NCBI GenBank assembly: GCA_045634705.1
Contig: JAZRAU010000081.1
Coordinates: forward strand, 1 to 51,925
Length of the DNA: 51,925 bases
Direction: 5' to 3'
Source: Eubacteriales bacterium
GTDB lineage: Bacteria > Bacillota > Clostridia > Oscillospirales > CAG-272
Positions 7,274 to 15,654 of this stretch are shown here, piece after piece (within the stretch, counting starts at the first letter, position 1; each line of letters starts with the position of its first letter). Made by a program: the position numbers and the translations under genes. The notes beneath the pieces are model-generated. The model was given only the letters and a program-made list of their open reading frames with translations, had not been told where the DNA came from and made no database searches.

Positions 7274-8323
7274 TTATCCTTCTTCTGTGTCCTCAAGGAC
7301 GCCGCTCATGGTAGGGGCGAGGGTTGCCAAGGGGTTTTTGGCCATAGCCTCCTCCATGCTCCGGTTGGAGAGGTGCGTATAGATCTGCGTGGTGTTTAGC
7401 TGCGCGTGACCGAGAATGTCTTTAAGCACGCGGACGTCCACCGCCCCGCTCTGGTACATGAGCGTGGCTGCCGTATGCCGCAGCTTGTGTACCGAAAATC
7501 CGCGCTGTGACAGTCCCGCCCGGTCGAGGTACCTATATACAATGTGCTGCACCATTTGGTTGCTGATGCGCGTTTGTCGGTTGGAGAGGAAGAGGGCATC
7601 GGCGTCCTTGGGGAGGGCGGTAAGCGCCGCCCGTGTTTCGAGGTAGTCTCCAAGCGCCCTTTGGCAAGCGGCGTTCAGGTACACGATACGCTCCTTGGCG
7701 CCTTTACCGAATACGCGGAGCGAGCGCAGCTCACGGTCAATGTCGGAAAGGTCAATGCCCACAAGCTCGGACAGTCGCATGCCGCAGTTGAGGAACAGCG
7801 TGACAATGGCAAAATCCCTTGTGCGTGTGCGCGATTCTCCGTCGTCAAGAATGCTTTGCAAAAGAGCAATGCTTTCCGATTCGGTCAGATACTTTGGTAG
7901 GGTCTTGTCTTTTTTGGGGGCTTTGATGTTTTTTGCAGGATCAAAGTCGGCATAGCGCGAGTCTATCGTGGACACGTAGCGGAAAAAGGATTTGAGTGCC
8001 GAGAGCTTACGCGCGCGGCTCGGCTTTTCGTTGCCGCGTTCAGCGGCGGCATAGGAGAGAAAATCCACCACGGCCTCGCGGTCGATGCCAAGGACAAAGG
8101 TGATGTCCACCTTAGAGATGTCAATATCCTCAAATTCTTCGCCATAGGTGGGGAGATCGTTTTCCTTGGCTAAAAGATAGCGGAAAAAGGTGCGGAGATC
8201 CAAAAGGTACTCGGCGGCGGTCTTTTCTGAGCATCCCTCAATGGCGATCTTGGTGCGGATAAAGCCTTTGACGATCGTTGGGGCCGCAAGAAAATCCCGC
8301 GAGCGAAGAAGCGAGTCTTTCAT
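7274..8323 (-). CDS. tyrosine recombinase, XerC/XerD (RipX/CodV)-like
   Basis: 349 aa. The C-terminal catalytic region carries R...HKLRHTAATLMYQSGAVDVRVLKDILGHAQLNTTQIYTHL (R-H-R-Y signature). An N-terminal SAM-like core-binding domain is present. It has an AAGGAGG RBS. Confidence 0.85.
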   Translation of the reverse strand: MKDSLLRSRDFLAAPTIVKGFIRTKIAIEGCSEKTAAEYLLDLRTFFRYLLAKENDLPTYGEEFEDIDISKVDITFVLGIDREAVVDFLSYAAAERGNEKPSRARKLSALKSFFRYVSTIDSRYADFDPAKNIKAPKKDKTLPKYLTESESIALLQSILDDGESRTRTRDFAIVTLFLNCGMRLSELVGIDLSDIDRELRSLRVFGKGAKERIVYLNAACQRALGDYLETRAALTALPKDADALFLSNRQTRISNQMVQHIVYRYLDRAGLSQRGFSVHKLRHTAATLMYQSGAVDVRVLKDILGHAQLNTTQIYTHLSNRSMEEAMAKNPLATLAPTMSGVLEDTEEG

Positions 8324-8462
8324 CCTGATCCGGACCTCCTTTTACCGTGAAATTACAAAATAATTATACAAAATCCAACGCAAGGAGAAGTGTATAATTT
8401 GTAAATTATAGCGTGCCTCTTGCTTTTTCTGATGAAAAAGGATATGATAAAAGTGAAGTGAA

Positions 8463-9068
8463 GTGAAAGAGGTTCCGAAGTTGAAATTCATTAAAGAAAA
8501 CTTACATAGGATCGTGAGGATCCTTGTCAATCAGCTGGGGGTAATGATCTTTGCCCTTGTCACCACGCTCACCGCAGCCTCCATGGGGGATGCCTATAAG
8601 TCTGGTATGACGCTTGTGGCCAGCATTGGTGCCGTTGCGCTTTATCTCTTCCTTGTGTTTTACTCAATGCGTGAGGAGGGCACGCGTGACAGCGTCAAGA
8701 TCGCGGGTGGCCGCCTTGCCTACGATAAATGCCACGGCCTTTGGCTTGGCCTTCTCGCATCGATCCCCAATTACGTGTTTGTGCTTCTTATGGCGCTGGG
8801 GCTTCTTTTTGGTATCGAGACCAATGCCGCGGGCGAGATCGTCGGCGGCGGCGGTGTGGGGATCTGGAGCATCGGGTACTTCGTCACCTCCATGATCCAG
8901 GCGATGTACGTGGGGATTCTCAAGCTTCTTTTCGGGGCACTTTCGCTTTCGCAAAGCCTTGGCGCCGCCGTGATCGCGTATGCCGTTACGCCCCTCCTTG
9001 CCCCCCTCGCCGCGTGGGGCGGCTATGCCTACGGCGTGCATCGCCCGATCGTCCAAAAGCGCCACTGA
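8463..9068 (+). CDS. hypothetical integral membrane protein (about 5 predicted TM helices)
   Basis: 201-aa ORF with strongly hydrophobic segments and GC3 coding bias. No family is recognised. The start may instead be TTG 8481, which sits 8 nt behind AAAGAGG. Confidence 0.55.
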   Translation: MKEVPKLKFIKENLHRIVRILVNQLGVMIFALVTTLTAASMGDAYKSGMTLVASIGAVALYLFLVFYSMREEGTRDSVKIAGGRLAYDKCHGLWLGLLASIPNYVFVLLMALGLLFGIETNAAGEIVGGGGVGIWSIGYFVTSMIQAMYVGILKLLFGALSLSQSLGAAVIAYAVTPLLAPLAAWGGYAYGVHRPIVQKRH

Positions 9069-9127
9069 CTTCTCAAATCGCATAACCTCTCATATAATGA
9101 AGCAAACTGTAGATGAGAGGTGATGTC

Positions 9128-9871
9128 ATGAATTGTACAAAGGATAAAAGACGCCCGCTTCTCCTTGCAGCGCGCGTCTTTTTGTGTTTTATGGGGTTTT
9201 TGCTCCTCGGCCTTGTGCCGATCTCCCTCGCGGCTGCCATTCTTCCCGATCCTGCGGTATCGGCCATGCAGGAGGCGCCTCCCACGGTGATCCTGGATGC
9301 GGGGCACGGCGGGGAGGACGGGGGCGCTGTGGGAGTGAACGGTGCCGTGGAAAAGGACATCAATCTTGCCGTGGCGCTCGGCCTTGCGGAGCTTTTGCGC
9401 GATGCGGGTGTTCGGGTGATCCTTACAAGAGAGGAGGATCGTCTTTTGTATAGTGAGGAGGAGAACATCAAGGGGCACCGCAAGGAGTATGACCTGAAAA
9501 ACCGCCTGGCGGTGGCCAAGGAGAACCCCGAGGCGCTTTTTGTCAGCATTCATATGAATACCTTTTCTTCATCGCGGTATTCGGGACTTCAGGTCTATTA
9601 TGCAAGGACCGAGGGGAGCGCTGCCTTGGCCGAGAGGATCCAGGGGGCGGTGAGGGAGAGGCTACAGCCCGATAACACTCGCAAGATCCACGCCGCATCC
9701 TCGTCGATCTATCTTTTGGAAAATGCCGTTGGCAAGTCCGTGCTTGTTGAGTGCGGGTTCCTTTCCAATCCCCGCGAATGTGAGCTTCTTTCTCAAAAAG
9801 ATTATCAGAGCCGATTGTGCTTTTCTGTTTTTTGTGGTATTATGGAGTATATAGAAGCAACAAGGGGATAA
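9128..9871 (+). CDS. cwlD: germination-specific N-acetylmuramoyl-L-alanine amidase CwlD
   Basis: Signal/TM sequence followed by an Amidase_3 core: VILDAGHGGEDGGAVG, EKDINLAVAL, ALFVSIHMN and VLVECGFLSNPRE. The short single-domain form is typical of CwlD. The start is set at ATG 9128 behind GAGAGGTGA. Confidence 0.8.
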   Translation: MNCTKDKRRPLLLAARVFLCFMGFLLLGLVPISLAAAILPDPAVSAMQEAPPTVILDAGHGGEDGGAVGVNGAVEKDINLAVALGLAELLRDAGVRVILTREEDRLLYSEEENIKGHRKEYDLKNRLAVAKENPEALFVSIHMNTFSSSRYSGLQVYYARTEGSAALAERIQGAVRERLQPDNTRKIHAASSSIYLLENAVGKSVLVECGFLSNPRECELLSQKDYQSRLCFSVFCGIMEYIEATRG

Positions 9872-9882
9872 CTGCCGTGAAA

Positions 9883-11247
9883 ATGCCGAAAACGATCTTT
9901 GTGTGCCGCGAGTGTGGATGCACCGTCTCCAACTGGGTGGGGAAATGCCCCGATTGCGGTCTTTGGAACACCATGGAGGAGGAAGAGCCCACAGCTCCCG
10001 TGTCCGTAGGACAGCCGCAAAAGGTGAACGCCAAGCCGGTCGAGGTGAAAAAGCTCTCGGAGATCGAGTCTGCTGCGTATCTTCGCACAAAGACGGGAAC
10101 GGGTGAGCTTGACCGCGTGCTTGGCGGAGGGCTTGTCAGCGGGTCGGTCATTCTCCTTTCGGGTGAGCCGGGCATCGGCAAATCCACTCTCCTTTTGCAG
10201 ATCTCGGATGCTCTCAGCCGTGACAAGACGGTGCTTTACGTTTCGGGGGAGGAATCGCGCGGGCAGATCAAGCTCCGCGCCTCCCGCCTCGGTGCCTCGG
10301 GCGAGGGGCTGTATCTTGTCAGCGAGACCGATCTTGACGCCGTGCTTACCGCAGTTGGTAAGGTAGCTCCCGATATTCTTATTGTAGATTCGATCCAGAC
10401 GATATACAGCAGTCGCTCACGCTCGGCAGTGGGCAGCATTGCCCAGGTGCGCGAGTGCGCGGCCGCCTTCATTGCCTTGGCCAAGGAAAGCGGCACGGCT
10501 GTGTTCCTTGTGGGGCACGTGAACAAGGAGGGCGGCATCTCCGGCCCGAAGATCCTTGAGCATGTGGTCGATGCTGTCCTTTATTTCGAGGGGGACAAGC
10601 AACAGACCTACCGCATCGTTCGGGCAATGAAGAACCGTTACGGCTCCACCAACGAGATCGGTGTTTTTGATATGACTGACAAGGGGCTCCGTGAGGTGCC
10701 CAACCCCTCCGAGATCCTGCTCGGTGAGCGTAATGAGGGCGCGGGCGGCAACTGCATCGGCTGTGTTATGGAGGGGAGCCGCCCTCTCATTACCGAGATC
10801 CAGGCCCTCGTTTCTCCTACGGTATTTCCTGCCCCCCGCCGTACGGCGGACGGCTTTGATTACAACCGTATGTGCCTGCTTCTTGCGGTGCTGGAAAAGC
10901 GGCTGTGCCTGCGGTTCTCGGTCAACGATGTCTATCTGAATATTGCGGGCGGTATCCGTCTTGACGAGCCCGCCGCCGACCTTTCGGTCGCCACGGCCCT
11001 GATCTCCGGGCTTCTTGACCGCCCCGTCCCTGCCGACCTTGTGGCCTTTGGCGAGCTTGGTCTTTCGGGCGAGGTGCGCTCGGTAACGCGGGCCGAGGCG
11101 CGTGTGAACGAGGCTGTGCGCCTTGGCTTCCGCACGATCGTTATGCCGAAGCGTTCTCTGCCCGCCGGACTTTCGGTGCCCGAGGGGGTCAAGATGGCGC
11201 CCATATCGCATATCTCCGAGATCCTTGCCTATCTTGCAAAGAAATGA
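9883..11247 (+). CDS. radA: DNA repair protein RadA/Sms
   Basis: N-terminal zinc ribbon (FVCRECGCTVSNWVGKCPDCGLWNT), Walker A (GEPGIGKSTLLLQ), the KNRYG motif and a Lon-like C-terminal domain. The start is set at ATG 9883, because the track start 9817 lies inside cwlD. Confidence 0.93.
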   Translation: MPKTIFVCRECGCTVSNWVGKCPDCGLWNTMEEEEPTAPVSVGQPQKVNAKPVEVKKLSEIESAAYLRTKTGTGELDRVLGGGLVSGSVILLSGEPGIGKSTLLLQISDALSRDKTVLYVSGEESRGQIKLRASRLGASGEGLYLVSETDLDAVLTAVGKVAPDILIVDSIQTIYSSRSRSAVGSIAQVRECAAAFIALAKESGTAVFLVGHVNKEGGISGPKILEHVVDAVLYFEGDKQQTYRIVRAMKNRYGSTNEIGVFDMTDKGLREVPNPSEILLGERNEGAGGNCIGCVMEGSRPLITEIQALVSPTVFPAPRRTADGFDYNRMCLLLAVLEKRLCLRFSVNDVYLNIAGGIRLDEPAADLSVATALISGLLDRPVPADLVAFGELGLSGEVRSVTRAEARVNEAVRLGFRTIVMPKRSLPAGLSVPEGVKMAPISHISEILAYLAKK

Positions 11248-12209
11248 CAGGGAAGGAGAAAAAGCGCGTGTTTCCGTACAGCGATACGAATAAGCGCTAT
11301 CATACATACGACTATTATCTGCGCCGCCGTTACGGGGGGAAGTGTGCCAAGATCTCCCTTGACGGCGGCTTTACCTGTCCCAACCGCGATGGGAGCTGTG
11401 GGGTTGGCGGCTGTATTTTCTGCTCCTCGCGAGGCAGCGGTGACTTCACCTATGCCGATCACAGCATAAAAGAGCAATATGAGCATCAGCGCCGGATCCT
11501 TGCGGCCAAGTGGAAGGTCGACTATTATATTCCGTATCTTCAGGCACATACGAATACTTATGCTCCTGTGGATGTGCTTTCGCGCGTATACGAGGAGGCT
11601 CTCACTCTCCCCCATGCCGTGGCGCTTCATATCGCCACACGGGCCGATTGCCTGGATAACGGTGTGTTATCGCTGCTTCGCTCGGTCTCGGAGAGGATCG
11701 ACCTCACGGTGGAGCTTGGTCTGCAGAGCATACACGACAAAACCGCCGAGGTGATCAATCGCGGCCACACGTTTGCCGATTTTTGCGAGGGGTACGGACG
11801 CCTACGCCACCACGTCCCCGCGGCTCGCGTATCGGTCCACCTCATCAACGGCTTGCCGGGGGAGGACCGCACCATGATGCTGGAAAGCACCGCTGCCGTG
11901 GCCGCACTCGGTGTCCATGAGGTCAAGCTTCACCTCCTTCACGTCCTTCGCGGAACGCCGCTGGCCGATCTTTATGAGAGGGGAGAGTATATTCCCATGA
12001 CAAAGGAGGAATACGTGGCCACCGTTGTTGATGAAATTGAGCTTTTGCCTCCTGAGACCGTGGTGGCCAGGGTCACGGGCGACGGGGACAAGCAGGCCCT
12101 TCTTGCCCCTCTCTGGAGTACCGATAAGCGCTCGGTGATGAATGCGATCGATGTCGAAATGGTGCGGAGAGATACCATCCAAGGACAAAAATGCAGAAAA
12201 AGTGTATAA
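11244..12209 (+). CDS. radical SAM protein, YtqA/YhcC (TIGR01212-type) family
   Basis: 321 aa. It carries FTCPNRDGSCGVGGCIFCS near the N-terminus and an Elp3-like radical-SAM core. Its ATG overlaps the radA stop (ATGA). Confidence 0.75.
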   Translation: MTGKEKKRVFPYSDTNKRYHTYDYYLRRRYGGKCAKISLDGGFTCPNRDGSCGVGGCIFCSSRGSGDFTYADHSIKEQYEHQRRILAAKWKVDYYIPYLQAHTNTYAPVDVLSRVYEEALTLPHAVALHIATRADCLDNGVLSLLRSVSERIDLTVELGLQSIHDKTAEVINRGHTFADFCEGYGRLRHHVPAARVSVHLINGLPGEDRTMMLESTAAVAALGVHEVKLHLLHVLRGTPLADLYERGEYIPMTKEEYVATVVDEIELLPPETVVARVTGDGDKQALLAPLWSTDKRSVMNAIDVEMVRRDTIQGQKCRKSV

Positions 12210-12269
12210 ATTGCACAAAAACATAAAAAACATTTCTACGTTTATTAATGAGTTTTCACAAAGAAACAA

Positions 12270-12298
12270 TTGCATTGACCGATGTTTTCGTGTATAAT
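12270..12298 (+). promoter_or_regulatory. sigma-A promoter of the EF-G2 gene
   Basis: TTGCAT (12270-12275), a 17-nt spacer, then TATAAT (12293-12298). Confidence 0.65.
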
Positions 12299-12363
12299 TA
12301 AACTATAAACCGAATATTTACCATTCGGCGATAGTTTCGTTATCAGAAAAGGAGACTCCGAAA

Positions 12364-14436
12364 ATGCAAATGTATCCCACCAAAATGCTCCGCAACGTCT
12401 GCCTTCTCGGTCACAGTGGCTCGGGAAAGACCTCCCTGGCAGAAGCCATGCTTTTCCTGACACACGCTACCGACCGTCTCGGTAAAATTCCCGACGGCAA
12501 TACGGTTTGTGATTACGATCCCGAGGAGATCAAGAGGGGCTTTTCTCTCTCCGCTTCTGTTGTGCCGTTAGAGTACCGTGATGTGAAGATCAATATTCTC
12601 GACACTCCCGGGTATTTTGACTTTGAGGGCGAGGTCCGCCAGTGTGTCCGCGTTGCCGACAGCGCGATCATTGTTGTGGACGGTAAGGCCGGCCCCGAGG
12701 TCGGAACCGATCTCGCATGGAAATACACCACCGAGGCAGGCATCCCCAAGGCGTTTTTCATTAACCGCTTTGATGACGGTGAGGCGCGCTTCAAAAAGGC
12801 GTACGATAAGCTGACCGAAAAGTACGGTAACAAGCTGTGCCCGCTCCTTATTCCGTGCATCGACGGCGATAAGGTCACAGGCTTTTTGTACCTTATGGAT
12901 ATGCAGGTCTACATCTTCAACTCCCACACAGGTGAGGTTGAAAGCCTGCCGATCCCTGAGCAGTTTGCCTCGATTGCTGCCGAATACCGCGAAAAGCTTG
13001 TGGAGGCCGCGGCTACCACGAGCGAGGAGCTGATGGAAAAGTATTTTGGCGGTGAGGAGATCACGCAGGAGGAGCTTGAGGAGGCGGTTCATGAGGGAAT
13101 CATTCATAACGAGATCATTCCTGTGTTCTGCGGTGCGGCTGTCAAGCTTTGGGGCGTAAAATCGCTTCTCAACACGATTGTCGCCTCCTTCCCCCGCCCG
13201 ACGATCCGCGGTGAAGAGAAGATCACGAAGAACGGTGAGGCGGGCACGCTCCCCATTGATCGCGAAAGCCCCGAGACCTCACTCTTCGTTTTCAAAACCA
13301 TTGCCGATCCCTTTGTGGGTAAGATGTCCTTCTTCCGCGTCATGGAGGGCACGCTGTCGAAGGATATGCTGCTTCACAACACGGTAACGGGTGTTGACGA
13401 AAAGTTTGGACGTATCCTTGTGCCCTACGGCAAAAAGCAGGTGGAGGCGGACGGTCTTGCCTGCGGCGATATCGGTGTTATCACCAAGCTTTCAAGCACC
13501 AATACAAACGACACCCTTACCACTCGCTCGGAGGCGTTTGCCTATGCTCCCGTGGTGTTTCCCCGTGCGTATTACGGCCGTTCGGTAGTGGCGGCTAAGG
13601 GGGAGGAGGATAAGCTCTCCACCAGCATCGGCCGTCTGATCTCCGAGGATTCTACGGTTCGTTTTGTCAATGACCCTGTAACGCGCCAGCTGGTGCTTTA
13701 CGGCCTTGGCGATATTCATCTTGATGTTTTTGCCTCTAAGCTCAAGTCCCGCTTCAACCTCAACGTCACTATGGGAAGCTTGAAGTTTGCCTACCGTGAG
13801 ACCATCAAAAAGCGTGTGGACGCCGAGGGCAAGCATAAGAAGCAATCGGGTGGTAGCGGTCAGTACGGACATGTCAAGATCACCTTTGCTCCCGGCGAGG
13901 GGGAGGGCCTCACGTTTACCGAAAGCGTTTTTGGCGGTGAGGTTCCCAAAAACTTCTTCCCTGCGGTAGAGAAGGGGCTCTTGGAGTCGATGCAGCAGGG
14001 CGTTCTGGCGGGATATCCCATGGTCGGTCTTGCTGCCAATCTTTCGGGCGGCTCCTATCACGACGTTGATAGCAACGAAATTTCCTTTAAGCTTGCGGCG
14101 ATCCTCGCGTATAAGGACGGCATTCCTAAGGCGCAGCCGGTTCTCCTTGAGCCGGTCGGTGAGCTTCGTGTTACGGTGCCCGACGATTATGTCGGTGACG
14201 TGATGGGAGATGCCAACAAGAGGCGTGGCCGCGTTCTCGGTATTGAGCCCGTGGAGGGTGAGCCGGGATACCAGACCGTTCTTGCCGAGGTTCCCCAACC
14301 CGAAATGGCGGATTACGTCATCGCGCTCCGTGCTTCCACTCAGGGACGTGGGCGCTTTGACTTTGATTTTGTCCGTTACGAGGAGGTTCCTGCGGCGGTC
14401 GCCCAAAAGGTGATCGACGCCGCAAACGCCGGCTAA
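12364..14436 (+). CDS. elongation factor G paralogue (EF-G2-type translational GTPase)
   Basis: 690 aa with the five-domain EF-G layout. G1 is GHSGSGKTS, G3 is DTPGYFDF and G4 is INRFD. Domain IV/V carries KKQSGGSGQYGHV. An AAAAGGAGA RBS is present. Confidence 0.88.
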   Translation: MQMYPTKMLRNVCLLGHSGSGKTSLAEAMLFLTHATDRLGKIPDGNTVCDYDPEEIKRGFSLSASVVPLEYRDVKINILDTPGYFDFEGEVRQCVRVADSAIIVVDGKAGPEVGTDLAWKYTTEAGIPKAFFINRFDDGEARFKKAYDKLTEKYGNKLCPLLIPCIDGDKVTGFLYLMDMQVYIFNSHTGEVESLPIPEQFASIAAEYREKLVEAAATTSEELMEKYFGGEEITQEELEEAVHEGIIHNEIIPVFCGAAVKLWGVKSLLNTIVASFPRPTIRGEEKITKNGEAGTLPIDRESPETSLFVFKTIADPFVGKMSFFRVMEGTLSKDMLLHNTVTGVDEKFGRILVPYGKKQVEADGLACGDIGVITKLSSTNTNDTLTTRSEAFAYAPVVFPRAYYGRSVVAAKGEEDKLSTSIGRLISEDSTVRFVNDPVTRQLVLYGLGDIHLDVFASKLKSRFNLNVTMGSLKFAYRETIKKRVDAEGKHKKQSGGSGQYGHVKITFAPGEGEGLTFTESVFGGEVPKNFFPAVEKGLLESMQQGVLAGYPMVGLAANLSGGSYHDVDSNEISFKLAAILAYKDGIPKAQPVLLEPVGELRVTVPDDYVGDVMGDANKRRGRVLGIEPVEGEPGYQTVLAEVPQPEMADYVIALRASTQGRGRFDFDFVRYEEVPAAVAQKVIDAANAG

Positions 14437-14442
14437 TACTGT

Positions 14443-14480
14443 GGCACCGAGGGGAAGTCATCGCCTCGGTGCCATTTTTG
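14443..14480 (+). terminator. rho-independent terminator after the EF-G2 gene
   Basis: A 10-bp stem, ggcaccgagg (14443-14452) pairing with cctcggtgcc (14464-14473), followed by attttt. Confidence 0.85.
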
Positions 14481-14490
14481 ACAAAGAACC

Positions 14491-14520
14491 TTGACAAGTC
14501 GCCTGCAGGTATGTTAAAAT
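14491..14520 (+). promoter_or_regulatory. sigma-A promoter (extended -10) of the E2-like acyltransferase-fold gene
   Basis: TTGACA (14491-14496), an 18-nt spacer, then TGtTAAAAT (14512-14520). A second TTGACA lies at 14478-14483. Confidence 0.6.
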
Positions 14521-14549
14521 GATACGTAATTGTATTTTGGAGGAGTTCC

Positions 14550-15512
14550 ATGGACGAGAAAGAAAAAAATGAAGAGGTAGTGGCATCTTCCGCCCCTGAC
14601 ACCCCCCCGACCGCGGGCGAGGAAGCTCCGAAGTGGGAGCCGAAAAAGCGTCGACGTCGCTTTGGTGACCGCAAGGACGGCCGCCGTGTCCGTGGGATCC
14701 ACCCCATGCAATTCATGATCCCCTTCCTTATGAAGGTGCGTTCGGATGCTCAAAACCATTTTGAGGACGAGCTGGATATCACCAACATCGAGAAGTATCT
14801 TGACAAAAAGCACGAAGAGGGCTACACCGATATGGGCTTTCTTCATCTCTTCATCGCGGCCTATGTTCGTGCCATTTCCCAGCGCCCGGCCATCAATCGC
14901 TTTGTCTCGGGCCAACACGTCTATTCCCGCCCGGAAGTTACGGCAGTCATGCCCGTAAAAAAGCAGATGAGCATCGACTCTCCCGATACCCTCATCAAGA
15001 TCCATTTTGATCCGCGTGACAATGCGGTAACGGTATATGAGAAATTCGAGGCCGTCCTGCGCGATGCGATCAGCAAGGAAAACGATTTTGACAAGCTGGC
15101 CGCAAGACTTATGAAGATCCCCGGCCTTTTGCTCCGCTTTACGGTCGGCGTTTTACGCTTCCTTGATTATTTCGGCTGGCTTCCGAAATCCCTGCTTGAG
15201 GTGAGCCCCTTACATGGCTCGGTCATCATTACCAGCATGGGCTCTCTCGGCATCAACGCCATTTATCATCACCTATACGATTTCGGCAATCTTCCCGTGT
15301 ATCTTTCTTACGGCAAAAAGTACACAAAAACGGTTTTTGACGATGAGGGCATCGCCGAGAAGCGCCACTTCATCACCTTCCGCGCCGTGGTCGATGAACG
15401 GATCTGTGACGGCTATTATTACGCCTCCGGATTTAAGATTATGAAGCGTTATCTCCTGCATCCCGAGCTTCTTGACACCGAAATGACGGAGTACGTTGAG
15501 GACATTGATTAA
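14550..15512 (+). CDS. stand-alone 2-oxoacid dehydrogenase E2 / CAT-fold acyltransferase-domain protein (no lipoyl domain; degenerate active site)
   Basis: 320 aa. The C-terminal FRAVVDERICDGYYYASGFKIMKRYLLHPELL aligns by eye with the E2 DHRxxDG...LLExP region. The N-terminal ~50 aa are acidic and then strongly basic (KKRRRRFGDRKDGRRVRG). A GGAGGAG RBS is present. Confidence 0.6.
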   Translation: MDEKEKNEEVVASSAPDTPPTAGEEAPKWEPKKRRRRFGDRKDGRRVRGIHPMQFMIPFLMKVRSDAQNHFEDELDITNIEKYLDKKHEEGYTDMGFLHLFIAAYVRAISQRPAINRFVSGQHVYSRPEVTAVMPVKKQMSIDSPDTLIKIHFDPRDNAVTVYEKFEAVLRDAISKENDFDKLAARLMKIPGLLLRFTVGVLRFLDYFGWLPKSLLEVSPLHGSVIITSMGSLGINAIYHHLYDFGNLPVYLSYGKKYTKTVFDDEGIAEKRHFITFRAVVDERICDGYYYASGFKIMKRYLLHPELLDTEMTEYVEDID

Positions 15513-15525
15513 AGGGGAAATAGAG

Positions 15526-15560
15526 AAAAAAGAGTGTTCTTATGAGAACGCTCTTTTTTC
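15526..15560 (+). terminator. rho-independent terminator
   Basis: Stem agagtgttct (15531-15540) pairing with agaacgctct (15545-15554) with one G-U pair, loop tatg, then tttttt. Confidence 0.8.
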
Positions 15561-15587
15561 TAAACTCAAAAATTCCGTGATTTCCTC

Positions 15588-15616
15588 TTTACAACTGTCG
15601 TTTTTTCTGATACAAT
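15588..15616 (+). promoter_or_regulatory. sigma-A promoter of the AraC-family gene
   Basis: TTTACA (15588-15593), a 17-nt spacer, then TACAAT (15611-15616). Confidence 0.55.
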
Positions 15617-15654
15617 GTAAATAAGAAGCAGGATACGGAAGGGGATAAGAAAGA

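Noticed and set aside
7274-8323. The tyrosine recombinase as a marker of an integrated mobile element or genomic island
   Set aside because: There are no flanking direct or inverted repeats, tRNA, phage/IS/conjugation genes or compositional break. The neighbours are core sporulation genes.
8455-8472. A (GTGAA)x3 microrepeat just upstream of the membrane-protein ORF
   Set aside because: It has only three copies and is adjacent to or overlapping the RBS and start region. It is too short to call a functional repeat.
8342-8530. A 62-aa minus-strand ORF in the AT-rich region between the recombinase and the membrane-protein gene
   Set aside because: It lies in a divergent promoter region, overlaps the start of the + strand gene, has no RBS, and has AT-rich non-coding-like composition.
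10417-11307. A 296-aa minus-strand ORF. Similar long antisense ORFs lie at 13492..14406, 47445..48206, 29033..29635 and 43823..44146.
   Set aside because: All lie antisense to strongly supported genes (radA, EF-G2, mrp, U32, dnaE). They have Arg/Gly/Ala-biased composition typical of GC-rich antisense frames.
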